A stretch of 63,952 nucleotides of DNA, counting the filler, from Collodictyon triciliatum (lineage: Eukaryota): assembly GCA_043381765.1 (NCBI GenBank). It is 5 parts of 5 records of this genome, joined end to end, with 100 filler letters (N's around TTAATTAATTAA, not from the genome) between each part and the next. Parts side by side here need not be neighbours in the genome. Positions count along the whole stretch, not along the records: positions 41,849 to 55,697 come from JBHJMP010001908.1; positions 55,798 to 63,952 come from JBHJMP010002010.1; 3 more parts are not named here. One strand, given 5' to 3'. Of the stretch, positions 49,880 to 61,036 are shown one piece after another. Position numbers and translations under genes: made by a program. Position 1 is the stretch's first letter. The number at the start of each line of letters is the position of its first letter. Below the pieces are notes generated by a model that was not told the origin of the DNA, did not search any database, and saw only the letters and a list, made by a program, of their open reading frames with translations.

Positions 49880-52419
49880 TATCAGCATGAAAAGTGTTTT
49901 ATCACATCATAAATGGTTTTCTTGTTGCACATTTATTCCAAACTATGTCTTGAGTCGTGATATAAATCGACCTATGTGCTTTGAATAAAAAGTATGTAAA
50001 ATTGAATACAAAGAGGACATTTTTGGTTAGGGTCGCATCATTAGTGATGTTTTGTATCTAATAAACTTCATAGGTATATGTCCATTCAGCATCATTGATT
50101 TTTCTGGCTTCATCGTTCCATATTTTTTAATTTTTGAAGCACTCATGACTCACTTAACTCATATAATTTCATATAAAAATCTGTATATAGGCCGCAGTTT
50201 TCATTAATATTCCATCCAAATTTTCGGTTATATGGATAAGTGTTTGGTTCAATTAACAACTTTTCGCATACGGAGGCCCACCCATCCCTCAAGACCTACG
50301 GCAGGCAACTAATAATCTCATAAATAACTTAGTCAGCAAGCGATATATTGCAAAGATAGTGTTATTTTTCATAACTCGTTTATGTCGAATGGAAAGTATG
50401 TATGACATAATAATTTGAAAATTGCGTCTTTTTGCTCCGTTCATATGTCTCATTCGGCATATGACGTCACAATTATTGAAAAGACCTTAGTTGGTTGCTA
50501 TGGATGGGGCATTATACATCGTGTTATCATTCAGAAGGAAGAATGTATGACCGCAAACTGACACTGAAAAAAAAGTGGTTTATAATTAATCAATGAAAAA
50601 GATATACTGTGACAAATATTACACAATTAATATAATAACGAGAATGAAGCAATTTCATATTTTTAAACCACATTTCATAATTTGGTTTCGGCTGGCCATC
50701 GCCAGATGCTTTGGGTGGTAGTGGGTAGCTGTGAGTGGATTGTAATTTAAGTATTTTGAATGTAATACTCCATCAAATGCAAATCGAGTTTGATAGTAGA
50801 TGTAAGGTCTGCGTAATTCGCTGTAAAATTTTTTTGGATAATCCAAAAAGATGTACTCTTTACGTAGATACAATTTAGTTGATATATGAATATCATTTGA
50901 ATAGATTCGTTAACATTGTCTTTTCTTTTTTTTAAAAAAAGAATTTCTTCGGGTTATGTTCTGTATATCTGTGTCATCTTTACTGCGCAAATGTTCACAA
51001 AGTACGTAATATGTCTTGAGCTTTAAATGTCAGTTATGAAAACCTACGATGATTATTGTGCATGCAATCGCAAAAAATGATACGTCATATTTAATTATAC
51101 AACCAGTATATAGAAGAGAAGGTCTATAAATATTGGTAACAATGTGTTAGCCAAGGATTGAAGTATTAAAATTGATTCAGCGCTAGTGAGGTGATTAAAT
51201 ATTGAATGCAAATCGATAGAGCGAAGCATTTCATAAAAATAAGGCGTGCTGCATGAATAGAATATAGGTTGTACAAATGATATGATATACAGTATGATGA
51301 TTCGGGATACATATAAGGAAGGGCATATATTCTCAAGAGCTATCGAGTTTAGATTAGATTCTATGGTTGGTTTTAGATTATCTAATTGGTTTTTAGATAT
51401 TGGATTCAGTTTAATAGTGGCACAACTCCAATTAATAACATGAATTTAAATATTTTAAGGTGTGAGATACGCACAACCTGCCAGCCATGTATATATAGGC
51501 ATTCGAATGGAGATTCTTGCCAACTATGTATCGATAGCGCGGTTTCAAAATCAGAAAGTTCATGAATTTTTGTATTTTCATAAGAATAGGTAAAATATTT
51601 TATTATTATAGTGCAAAGATAAAGATATTTAATTAATAATAGATAAAAATATTTTAAGTGGATTTACATATTGAAATCCTTTAGTGAACGATGTTGAACT
51701 TGAGTCCATGTCGTTACATCGTGAGCCAAATAAGTATGCATTCATTTATGTATTAAAGTCCTCTTATTTGACTCGAAATGTATAAATTCCATACTAAATG
51801 GCTATAGTATTGACAGATTTTGCATACTTTCATCATGAGCTTTTCATGTTTATAGAGCCCTGCTTTTTTACTTGATGTTCATGCCTTTCCTTCCAAGAAT
51901 CGAAACATCGACACAACCCCAGAATGCACCCAAACTGGTCCCTTTTTCAGCATTTCTGTTATTGCTTCATCAATATGGTGATATTTTGAAAAGAGTAAAA
52001 ATTTATGAAGTAAATAGGAATCATACGTATGAATTCATATTCTTGGGCTTATATTTTGACTTAAAAATACGGTGTATGTTGTCGAAACGCAAAGGGTGCT
52101 GCAGCTACAATATATCTTATGTTATGTTTGCCTTCGATGTCCTGCACAGAAAAGTTAATAGCCGCTTTGTGACGTCAGATACTCCACATTCTGACGGTTC
52201 CATGACACCCGCGTTTAGATTTTTTTTTAAACCTACATAAATAAAGAATTTTTTAAACACACTGCTTGAAAAGTATAAAAAAATTATCCGAAGCCACCCG
52301 TCTAGTTGTATGAGTTGAGAAGAAAAAGTGTAGTCTCAATGTAATTTCACCCTGGTTTATTTTTTGGACGTCAGTAGAGAAAAGTCAAAAATTATTCAAA
52401 AAAGGCAATTTCTTTCACA

Positions 52420-53345
52420 CATACAGACCATTATACGAGTGGCGAATTGCAACACGATTTTTGATTCTGTTCGAGGTAACAGAATTGCAGATATGCATGC
52501 TTGTCCAGTGTTGGCGGTGTTGGGCTCGAATGCGAGGATTCTGAAGAGGAACCGAGATTTCCTTCCATGTCATCGTCGCTGTCGATGTATGCGCGTATCT
52601 GCTGTGAGTCTTGTGGACTCAGTTGTTGCCTGGCCTTAGCTTCCTTGACCCCGTTTATGCTTGTCTGCTTGGTGGGTGTATACTTTTGCGGACGTTTTAC
52701 TTAGCTTTCGTTGTTCGCGGCTGGCGGATGCTCTTTGAGGATGCGCTTTGGACACTTCTTACCCATGACCGTAAACTTTGCAGGGAGCTGGTTCTTGTGG
52801 CAAAGAAGCTTCACCGCGGTCGCGTCTGCAAATAAACCTTTGTCCCTTTTGATCTCCACGTGGGTTGGTGTGAACGGCTTCAGCTCCTCACGAAGGATTT
52901 GCGGCCACACGTCCAGCGGTAGTTGGTAGAGCATCACCGAAGTCTCTGTTGATTTACTTCTACCGAAGCTGCTCATAATATCGATCAAACTTACCTGTTT
53001 CAGCTCCAGAAGCTTTCGGGCGTTTTCTGCAGTGCGGAAGGCGATCAGGAAAAAGCCTTCGCTGTCCGATAAGTGCGATTGGACGGAATCTTCCCAAAGT
53101 TTGTTCGCTTTCAAGAAGGAGGCGAGCGCATCTGTGAGCCTGCGGGCCTTGTTCTTGTTGTAAACGACTTGCTCGACCCGTGCAAAAAGACTGTCCGCTC
53201 AGACAGATTTGATGGTGGCTTCCTTGCACGCGTCTTCCTAGACTTGCGTGCAACTCGGGGTTTTCCACGCCAGCGTTGGAACCAGAAGAACTGGCTGCAA
53301 CTTGAAAAGCCTTCGACGTGTCCCGGCTTGTTTTTCCATCATGTA
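52420..53345 (-). pseudogene. Intronless degenerate ORF resembling non-LTR retrotransposon ORF1 (RRM-like folds, basic N-terminus)
   Basis: RKSRKTRARKPPSNLSERTVFLHG..., then a frameshift, then ...LTDALASFLKANKLWEDSVQSHLSDSEGFFLIAFRTAENARKLL...TSVMLYQLPLDVWPQILREELKPF..., then an internal TAA and a S/P-rich tail. GC-richer than the flanks, no introns. Confidence 0.45.
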
Positions 53346-54701
53346 AAAAGCTAACTAATGCATAGCGGGCCTATGTGACATATAGAGTCAGTAAGAAGCT
53401 GAAGTCTTCAAAAGCCAGAAGTTTGTTGAACATGATACAAGCTGGCACATGAAAAGTAAATGGTATATATTCGATATGAAAAGTCTTGCTTTATTCACCC
53501 CTTCCTAGATTCACCGTCTATCAAAAAAAAAAAGGTCTGAGGAATGCAACAGGCCTTATAAATAATAAAACATGACATATAGTGAGAATCAATAATTAAT
53601 GGTTTTATAATGAAAAAAGTCTCATCTTGATCAATGCAATAAGTCTGGATTAGGCAGATTGGAAGGTTTGCCTTGTGTTTCAATAGATTCTGCTTTTCTT
53701 CCTTGCCCCGTGTGGAGAGGAGCGCGGTCGAGAATCTTCGCAAGACACATGCGAAGGGGGAGAAATGAGTCCTATATATTTGACCAAGAAGATGATTGCA
53801 TTAGTTGCATGCGTAATGGCCTCAAAAAAGCATAGCATGAGTGTTTATGATGAAATGGATTCAGTGGCCTATTAATCAGGCTCGGACCTAGAAATTCATC
53901 AGTTAGTTCAGATTACATACGATTGCAAAACACAGTCATAACATCATACTTTCCATGGACGAGTGATACCTGTTTTGCCCTCCTTCGACTGTATCTTTCG
54001 TAAAAAGTGTTGGAAAAAGCTAGCTTGAAGATTGCAGCCAAGTCCTCAGCAGGGTTGAAGCAAGCCCAAAGGATGGAAGTGCTTTTGTCTTCATATTTGC
54101 ATTTACTTTTGGATTGGTATTTGCAAACTCTTTTTTCCTTTTTAACAATGCTGGCTTCCCGGGCGGCCTCGTCGATGTTGTTTAAAGGTCAAAGGAACAA
54201 GGTACACAAAGGCGGCGACTTCTCACATGACTTCCTCTCAAATATTGCACATTGTCGCAGGATTCGAGTGCGTTTGCTGTTGATTGTTGGTTTGATGTTG
54301 CAACAAAAGAGTCTCACTTTGATGCTGTTGGTTGTGTTATTCTGATGTGGAATGTCGTTGGTAACGTTCGCCTTTTGCGAATAGACGTATGTCCAACCTG
54401 CCGAACAATAACAAACTTCACCCACAGTTTTCTGATGCCTTCAATCTATTCAAACCCCTGACAAAAAATGAGCCAGCAGAACGGAAATCAGTTGGATTTG
54501 ACAAAAATAGAAATTCGCGACAGCTATATTGCGCCACAATTATGGCAATATCACTTTCCATTAGTTCCTTCAGTTAAAAAGTACATAATTGGTTAAATCT
54601 TTCTGTAACATGTATAATTTATGTTTTGGATATATATATATTTAATCAACTTTCGACTTTTCTTAATTCTTTTCATTCTCCGACTCACACTTTCATTGTT
54701 C

Positions 54702-55032
54702 TATTGTTCCTTTCAATTTTGTGCAGGATGGTGAAGATGTTGGCTTTGGTTCGCTAGCCATCGTTTGCATGGACGCTACTTGGTGGCCGGGTGGCGGAGA
54801 AGTAGTCGGTAATCAGGAATTGCATCCTGCGGTTTGGCCTGTAGCCTGGGTCTTGTGCTTGCATAAGAGATACAAGGCGAGGTTTAATATCCTTCTCAGC
54901 TTCTTTCCACATGTCTCTTCTCACGGGGTCGGAGTAGTAGAGAACGTGCAGGTGGCGAAGAAAGCTATTGAGGAAAGAGATTTGTATGATGTCATTCAGC
55001 CTGTTATCAGGAATGGGTGGCTGGTTGTTGAG
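54702..55032 (-). mobile_element. Dispersed repeat copy B: probable 3' end of the same non-LTR retrotransposon family
   Basis: About 90 open codons without a start: ...NRLNDIIQISFLNSFLRHLHVLYYSDPVRRDMWKEAEKDIKPRLVSLMQAQDPGYRPNRRMQFLITDYFSATRPPSSVHANDG* (TAG 54754-54756). The 3' part is homologous to copy A. Confidence 0.55.
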
Positions 55033-55375
55033 TCAATTTCGTTTGATTTATGAAATGTCCCTACTAACCAAATTATATCTCTTTATATTATGATCGTGAT
55101 ATCCTTGGTCGAGGCCCTTGCATCTACACTGAGATACGTTCCTTACATACGATTGCATTGGTCGAACCCCTTTGTGGTAAATGATTTTTACCTTTCATCA
55201 GCGATTGTGATGGTCTCTCTTTCTCACACGAATAATAAAAAAACATAAATCATAAGAAAGAAAAGAATCATTAAATAAAACATTTAAACCATATATCTTT
55301 ATATAACATTATCCTTTGGATTCTATACAATAATACATGGTGGAGATAAAACTAAAGATATTTTTATCATACTAT

Positions 55376-55597
55376 GACTGCGACTGCGCCTGCGACTGCG
55401 ACTGCGACTGCGACTGCGACTGCGACTGCGACTGCGACTGCGACTGCGACTGCGACTGCGACTGCGACTGCGACTGCGACCGCGCCTGCGCTGCGACTGC
55501 GCCCCTTGCGACTGCGACCGCGCCTGCGCTGCGACTGCGACCGCGCCCCCTGCGACCGCGCCTGCGCTGCGACTGCGACCGCGCCGCGCCGCGCCGA
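55376..55597. repeat. GC-rich (GACTGC)n hexamer repeat with degenerate variants
   Basis: Tandem CGACTG units grading into CGCGCC variants near the contig end. Confidence 0.9.
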
Positions 55598-55697
55598 TGC
55601 GTTTTCCTCGGCTTCAATTGCAATACCGCTTCGCGGTAAGGAAGAGAGGGAGGGAAAGAGAGAGGGGGAAAAAGGGGGATTCTTTATATAAAATATA

Positions 55698-55797
55698 NNN
55701 NNNNNNNNNNNNNNNNNNNNNNNNNNNNNNNNNNNNNNNNNTTAATTAATTAANNNNNNNNNNNNNNNNNNNNNNNNNNNNNNNNNNNNNNNNNNNN
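55698..55797. other. Artificial contig linker (44N-TTAATTAATTAA-44N)
   Basis: Identical to the other linkers. Confidence 0.97.
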
Positions 55798-55874
55798 GCA
55801 ATTACATCGCATGTATTCTTTTCCAGGAGACCCCCCCTGCCTTTTTTTTTTTTTTTTTTTTTTCATCTTTCGTT

Positions 55875-56681
55875 TCACGCATCAATCTGAATTCTCCGGC
55901 CTTTTGAGGCGCTTTCTCTCTTGGGAACAACAATGCGCAGAACACCATCCACGTAGGTGCATCTAATCCTGTCGGCGTCGGCGGAGTCTGGTATATGGAG
56001 GGCGGATGAGTAAACTTCGTGCCCAGACTCCTCTGCTGTTTGGTCGGCAGCATATCCATCATCGGCGGGTGTGTTCCAGGTGCGTTTGGCTGTGATTCTC
56101 AGGGTTTCTCCCTCCACGTTGATGTCTATGCTGTCCTTGCTGACTCCGGGTAAATCGACGCTCAAGCTGTACTCCGATTTTCCCTCACTTATGCGGATGT
56201 GAGGTTGCAGCTCTCTCGTTGCACGGCGATTGCCTGCGTCGCTGTCCCATCGCGGCCAGTTGAAAAAGTCCTCGTCCAACAAACGTCCGTGTCGGATGCC
56301 GGCAAAAGGCTGGAAGATAGACGCCTCACCAAAAAAGTGTCTCTCCATGTCCCGCATCCGCTGCTCCATCTCAGCAAAAGTTCTTTCAAAGTGCATCGAA
56401 GAGGGCTTGCCCACGGCCCACACTCGGTCTTCTTGGGGAAGCTGGTCGACTCTTTTGCTGCTGGAGGTTGGGTTTGCTGCGTTTTGATGACAGGCAGAGT
56501 TGGACGCCTCAGCAGAACTTGGCTTGGCGGCTGCTTCGTCCAGAGAGCTGCCTCTTGCGCTTTGGGCCGGACAGTTTTCTGACTTTGCCGCTTTTGCCTC
56601 GGTCGAATGAGGCACGGCTGGTCGCAGTGCGCTGAATCGCTCGGCACTCGGCAGCATGAAGCGGAACGGGCGGGTTAGCAT
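55875..56681 (-). CDS. Small heat-shock protein (HSP20/alpha-crystallin domain), intronless; start placed at MLTRPF (56681), with an upstream ATG at 56780 as the alternative
   Basis: PHIRISEGKSEYSLSVDLPGVSKDSIDINVEGETLRITAKR...SSALHIPDSADADRIRCTYVDGVLRIVVPK...RRIQID (alpha-crystallin domain with C-terminal IxI motif). A TATA-like TATAAATATAAA on the minus strand at about 56806-56818 favours the downstream ATG. Confidence 0.93.
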   Translation of the reverse strand: MLTRPFRFMLPSAERFSALRPAVPHSTEAKAAKSENCPAQSARGSSLDEAAAKPSSAEASNSACHQNAANPTSSSKRVDQLPQEDRVWAVGKPSSMHFERTFAEMEQRMRDMERHFFGEASIFQPFAGIRHGRLLDEDFFNWPRWDSDAGNRRATRELQPHIRISEGKSEYSLSVDLPGVSKDSIDINVEGETLRITAKRTWNTPADDGYAADQTAEESGHEVYSSALHIPDSADADRIRCTYVDGVLRIVVPKRESASKGRRIQIDA

Positions 56682-56805
56682 GTCTGGTGTTTGTTGCTTG
56701 GCTCTTGTGGTGTTTTGTATCTGCGCTGTTTGATGGCGGGTGGCTTGCTTCTGTTTGTATCTGATGGAAGTGATGCACATGATGAGCAGAACAGCTAGGG
56801 TTAGG

Positions 56806-56930
56806 GTTTATATTTATACTTGCGCAGACCTTCTTTCGAACGTTCGAGACAATGCGGGATTATGCAGCAGATTGCGGCGTTTGGGTTCGCGGAAGAGCTC
56901 GGAGAGTTCGGAAGGGTTCCAGAAGATTCC
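56806..56930 (-). promoter_or_regulatory. Heat-shock elements and TATA box of the sHSP gene
   Basis: Perfect three-unit HSE TTCcaGAAgaTTC at 56917-56929, GAAcgTTCgaGA at 56838-56849, further nGAAn/nTTCn units between them, and a TATA-like element at 56806-56818. Confidence 0.75.
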
Positions 56931-57184
56931 GTATTTCGGAGAAGTGGTGCAGCCTGGATTATATTTGTAATTTATACAATGATATAATGTAAATTGAATA
57001 ATAACAAGAAAAAAGGTTGTCATATTAGATTTGTTTATAATTTATTGCATATTTTCCAAAAAAAAACAAAAAAAAATTTATTGCATTTTTTCCACAAATA
57101 AATATAAAGCACAAAAGAATAAATAAAAATAAAAATAAAATATATAAAATTACGGGAAACAATAAAGAATCAGTTTTAGAAAGA

Positions 57185-60100
57185 ATGAGCCAGCCACCGC
57201 GCACAGTGTACGTCGCCGCATGCAGCACTTCCGCGTTCTTGGGGAAGGTAGAGCCCAGTTCTTGCTGTTTTTTTCTTAACACTTGAAAATTTTTTTATTG
57301 TTTTATCAATTTTTATTTTTGAAAAACCATCAATCAACCAATCGCCACGCCCACCGCACTAGAAAGTTTCTCTCCTTTCTCCTTTTATTTATCGAAAACA
57401 GTATTTTTGATAAAAGATAAAAAAAAAAAAAAAAACAAAAAAAAAAACATACAATCATTAATCTGTACTTCACTACAAACAATAATTGTAATACTCGCTG
57501 AACCCTGTTTCCGCTTGTTCAATCTTCTCGCTCAGAACGATTTACTCAGCGGCTTTCCTAAGCACAGGGTTCTCCAGACTTTATCGAAAAGGGGCATCCG
57601 CTGTTTGGACAACAGGAAAACCCAGACTTGAGGCAGCATGTTCGCGTTGTCCTCCATGGAATAGAAAAGCAGATGATGGGCGACTTGGGTGATGTATGCA
57701 CTGCCTTTCCCCTTCCTCATATCACACCAGATTGTATTTGTGGATATGTTCCTTTTACATCATTGAAAACGTCTTGCATCTCCATCCCCCAAGATCCAAC
57801 GCGTTTACATCGGTAATTTTGCTGGGGAGCTTTTCCATCAGCAGGTATTCTAATTTGCTGATCCGTTCAAAAAAATGCGCATGTGGCATTGGCCGTATCC
57901 ATGACGTGCCATTCACTTTTATTACATTTTTCTGAGCAATCACCTACATTGCCGTCACACAGGGTCATATGGGTGCGTTTGTTGCATCGGTTAACCCAAA
58001 GCTTGCTGGAAAGGTGTCCTTTTTTCTTCTTCTTTATTTTTCATTTCCGCTATGTTCAGATTTTAACAACCAAGAATCTCTGTTCTATTGTTACCATTAA
58101 CGTTATCAAAATCTTCACAGCTCATTAAGCACTTTGCTTTATTTACTTCTGAAACATATGGGTATTGTCTCCTAGCCTTGTATTCGCGTGGAAGGTGCTT
58201 GTGCTTCCGGTGGATTAGCTTTTGCAGCCGCTGTTGATGCTATTCGTGCGGGAATTGACGTTGCCCTGGTCATTGGTGCTGAGGTCCAGACAACTGTATC
58301 AGCAAGACAAGGTTTGTACTTACGTTCGTTTCTATTTATGTATGTATGTATGTATGTATGTATGTATGTATGTATGTATGTATGTATGTATGTATGTATG
58401 TATGTATGTATGTATGTATGTATGTATGTATGTATGTATGTATGTATCTAGCGTAATCTCATTTTACTTCTTCTATCAGGGGCTGACTATCTCGCCCGAG
58501 CAGCTGACTATAACAAACATCGAAAGATAGACGAGTTTACTTTTCCTGCTTTGTTTGCACGCCGAGTGAAGTAATTTTCCACACATTTTCAGAAAATCAT
58601 GTATTTAACAATTATCAGTGCTATTTTATTTTTGGATTATACTTAATATTTGACATTTTATGCGATATATGTAATATGCACCGAGAGTGATCTGTATTGT
58701 CTTCACGGGTTCCTTCAACATTCAGGGCATACTGTGAAAAATATGGAATTAGCCATGAAGACCTCGCTCGAATTACCCTTAAGAACATCAACAATGCTCA
58801 CCGCAATGAGTTGGCGCATATGGTTGGTTTTGAATTTCATGATTACTTTGGTTACATGATTTTATCATTGTAATGCATTCAAATCATATTGTATCCAAAT
58901 CTGATGATTTATACGTTATTTTATCCTTTCAAGCTATATTTTGCACATAATAAACTCGATTATAAATCGTAAATTTTAATTTGCGTGTAAATAGAGAGCC
59001 ATTGACGTTGACATTATATCTGCAAGCAAAGAATGCCAGAAAAATCCGTCATTTCTTAAGAATCCCGAATTGCGGCCTTATTTGAGAGTGTTGGACTGTT
59101 CTCCTGTGCGTTGTATTGTTCGCAGCAATAATATTTTTTAATTTTATTTTATTTTTAAAAAAGAAGCATTTGTTGGCTCCTTTTACTTTTCATCGCATGC
59201 ACAGGCTTATTTCTTCACCTCCATCTTGCGTTGTGACAATTTTTCATTATGGCACAACAGGTATCGGACGGGGCATCGGCAGTGCTGATTGGGTCGTATG
59301 AAGGCCTTTCTCGAGTTGGGTTTGCACCTGGACAGTGTCTAGAAGTAGCAGGTGATGGAGCTATTTATTGAGTATTGCATCCATGTACGAAATCATATGA
59401 AAAGTGATGCGTACTGATACAAGCAATAGAATAGAAAATATACTTTAGAAGTGTTGAATAAAATATGTTTTTTGTGTATATCATAAAGCTGTTCAGTTTG
59501 GTTCAGACGATATCTCCGTAGATAGGGATTTAACGTGTCTTTCGAACATGCAGGCAGTGGCTACTGTAATTGTCAAATAAATGAATCATTTATAATTAAG
59601 ATAAAAGATTTGTCAAAACTGAGGGGGTTTAGCCTATTTAGCCCACTCAATGATTTTTTGGGGGGGTTTGCTCCATTTACTAAACGGAAATATTTTACGT
59701 TTTGTAGCGTGCTTACAAGGAGGCAAATATCAGCCCATCGGATATAGCTGTCGCAGAAGGTAGTTCATGGACGCTGACTCAACTATTTTAATAGTAATAA
59801 AAATAATAATAGTCTTGTTGTCCATTTCCCTCTGTAGCATGAATGAATGAATCGATTTTCTTGTAAATACACTCTGCGTAGTGCATGACTGCTTCAATAT
59901 TGCCGAAATCATGATGTACGAAGCACTCGGGTTTACAGAGCCCGGGAAAGGCGCAGACTTGGCTCGCTCAGGCTGCACGGAAATCAACGGCAGCCTTCCA
60001 ATTAACACGGGTTCTTGAATAATCTCTCAAAACATTCTTGCCAAAGACTCTGCTGACGCTGCGTCCTTTTGGTACAAAGGTGGTGGCTTGATGGGATTCG

Positions 60101-60567
60101 GTCATCCCGTGGGTGCGACCGGGGTGAAGCAAATTGCAGAGATATTCAAGCAGATGAAAGGTGCATTCTTTTGTAAATGAGAAACCGCTCATCCCAATTT
60201 CACTTCTTTTTGTTCTTTGTTCTTTGTTCTTTGTTCTTTGTTCTTTGTTCTTTGTTCTTTGTTCTTTGTTCTTTGTTCTTTGTTCTTTGTTCTTTGTTCT
60301 TTGTTCTTTGTTCTTATCTTCGACCAACCGTTCAGTATTGGTTGGCCTTTCGAGAAAGAGTGCACATGAACTAGTAAATATGGCAAGTTTCTCTTGGAAA
60401 AAATAATGGAATGAATAAATGGAAGTGAATCTGGTTTAGGAAAAGCAGGCGCATACCAAATCCGAAAGCGCTGGGTTCCGTATGGACTTTGTGCAAACAT
60501 GGGTGGCGACGACAAAACTGCAGTGGTGACGATTCTGAGACAGCCGACTCCCCAAAGCAGCCTTTGA
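57185..60567 (+). CDS. SCP2-type thiolase (HDCF class, no SCP2 domain), 14 exons, C-terminal SSL
   Basis: Spliced: [29 protein letters not shown] (nucleophile Cys), [64 protein letters not shown]...PQSSL*. All 13 introns are GT-AG. Confidence 0.93.
58337..58447. repeat. (TATG)n microsatellite in a thiolase intron
   Basis: About 27 TATG units. Confidence 0.95.
60208..60314. repeat. (TTCTTTG)n heptamer repeat in a thiolase intron
   Basis: About 15 tandem units. Confidence 0.9.
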
Positions 60568-61036
60568 CGCACCGCAGGAGCCGATGAGGAACAAAAACCT
60601 CGTTCTTGCTCTTTTTTTTTTTTTTCTTTTCCATTCGGTTCTATGACTCGCTTTTCTTGTCTCTGCGCATAAAACACGGATGCCCATCTACAAATCCATC
60701 GACAATCGCTTTTATTGGTAAATGAAACCTACGGAAATGATAATGCGATGAACTTCAGAATCACGAATTGTGTTTCCTTGTTGGGCTCATATCTGAACTG
60801 CTCTCGTGCTTCATCGATGCAGCCTGTTCACCCGTCTCATTTATTTTCCCCCTTCATTTTGAAGTCGTACTTTTTCTTATTTTTTCAAACTTTTTGTTTT
60901 ATTCTTTTTTTAAAAAAAATAATCTTATTCCTAATCTATCCACTTATTCATTCGCTTACTGATTGATACTTGACTGATATTCGATTGATTGATTTATTCG
61001 TGGGCCTGTGCATCACTCGGCATGACAAAGACTGCA

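Noticed and set aside
47600..52400. tRNA, rRNA or snoRNA genes in the gene-poor AT-rich stretch
   Set aside because: No cloverleaf, A/B boxes or convincing C/D box pairs seen by eye; tRNAscan-SE/Infernal would be needed to exclude them.
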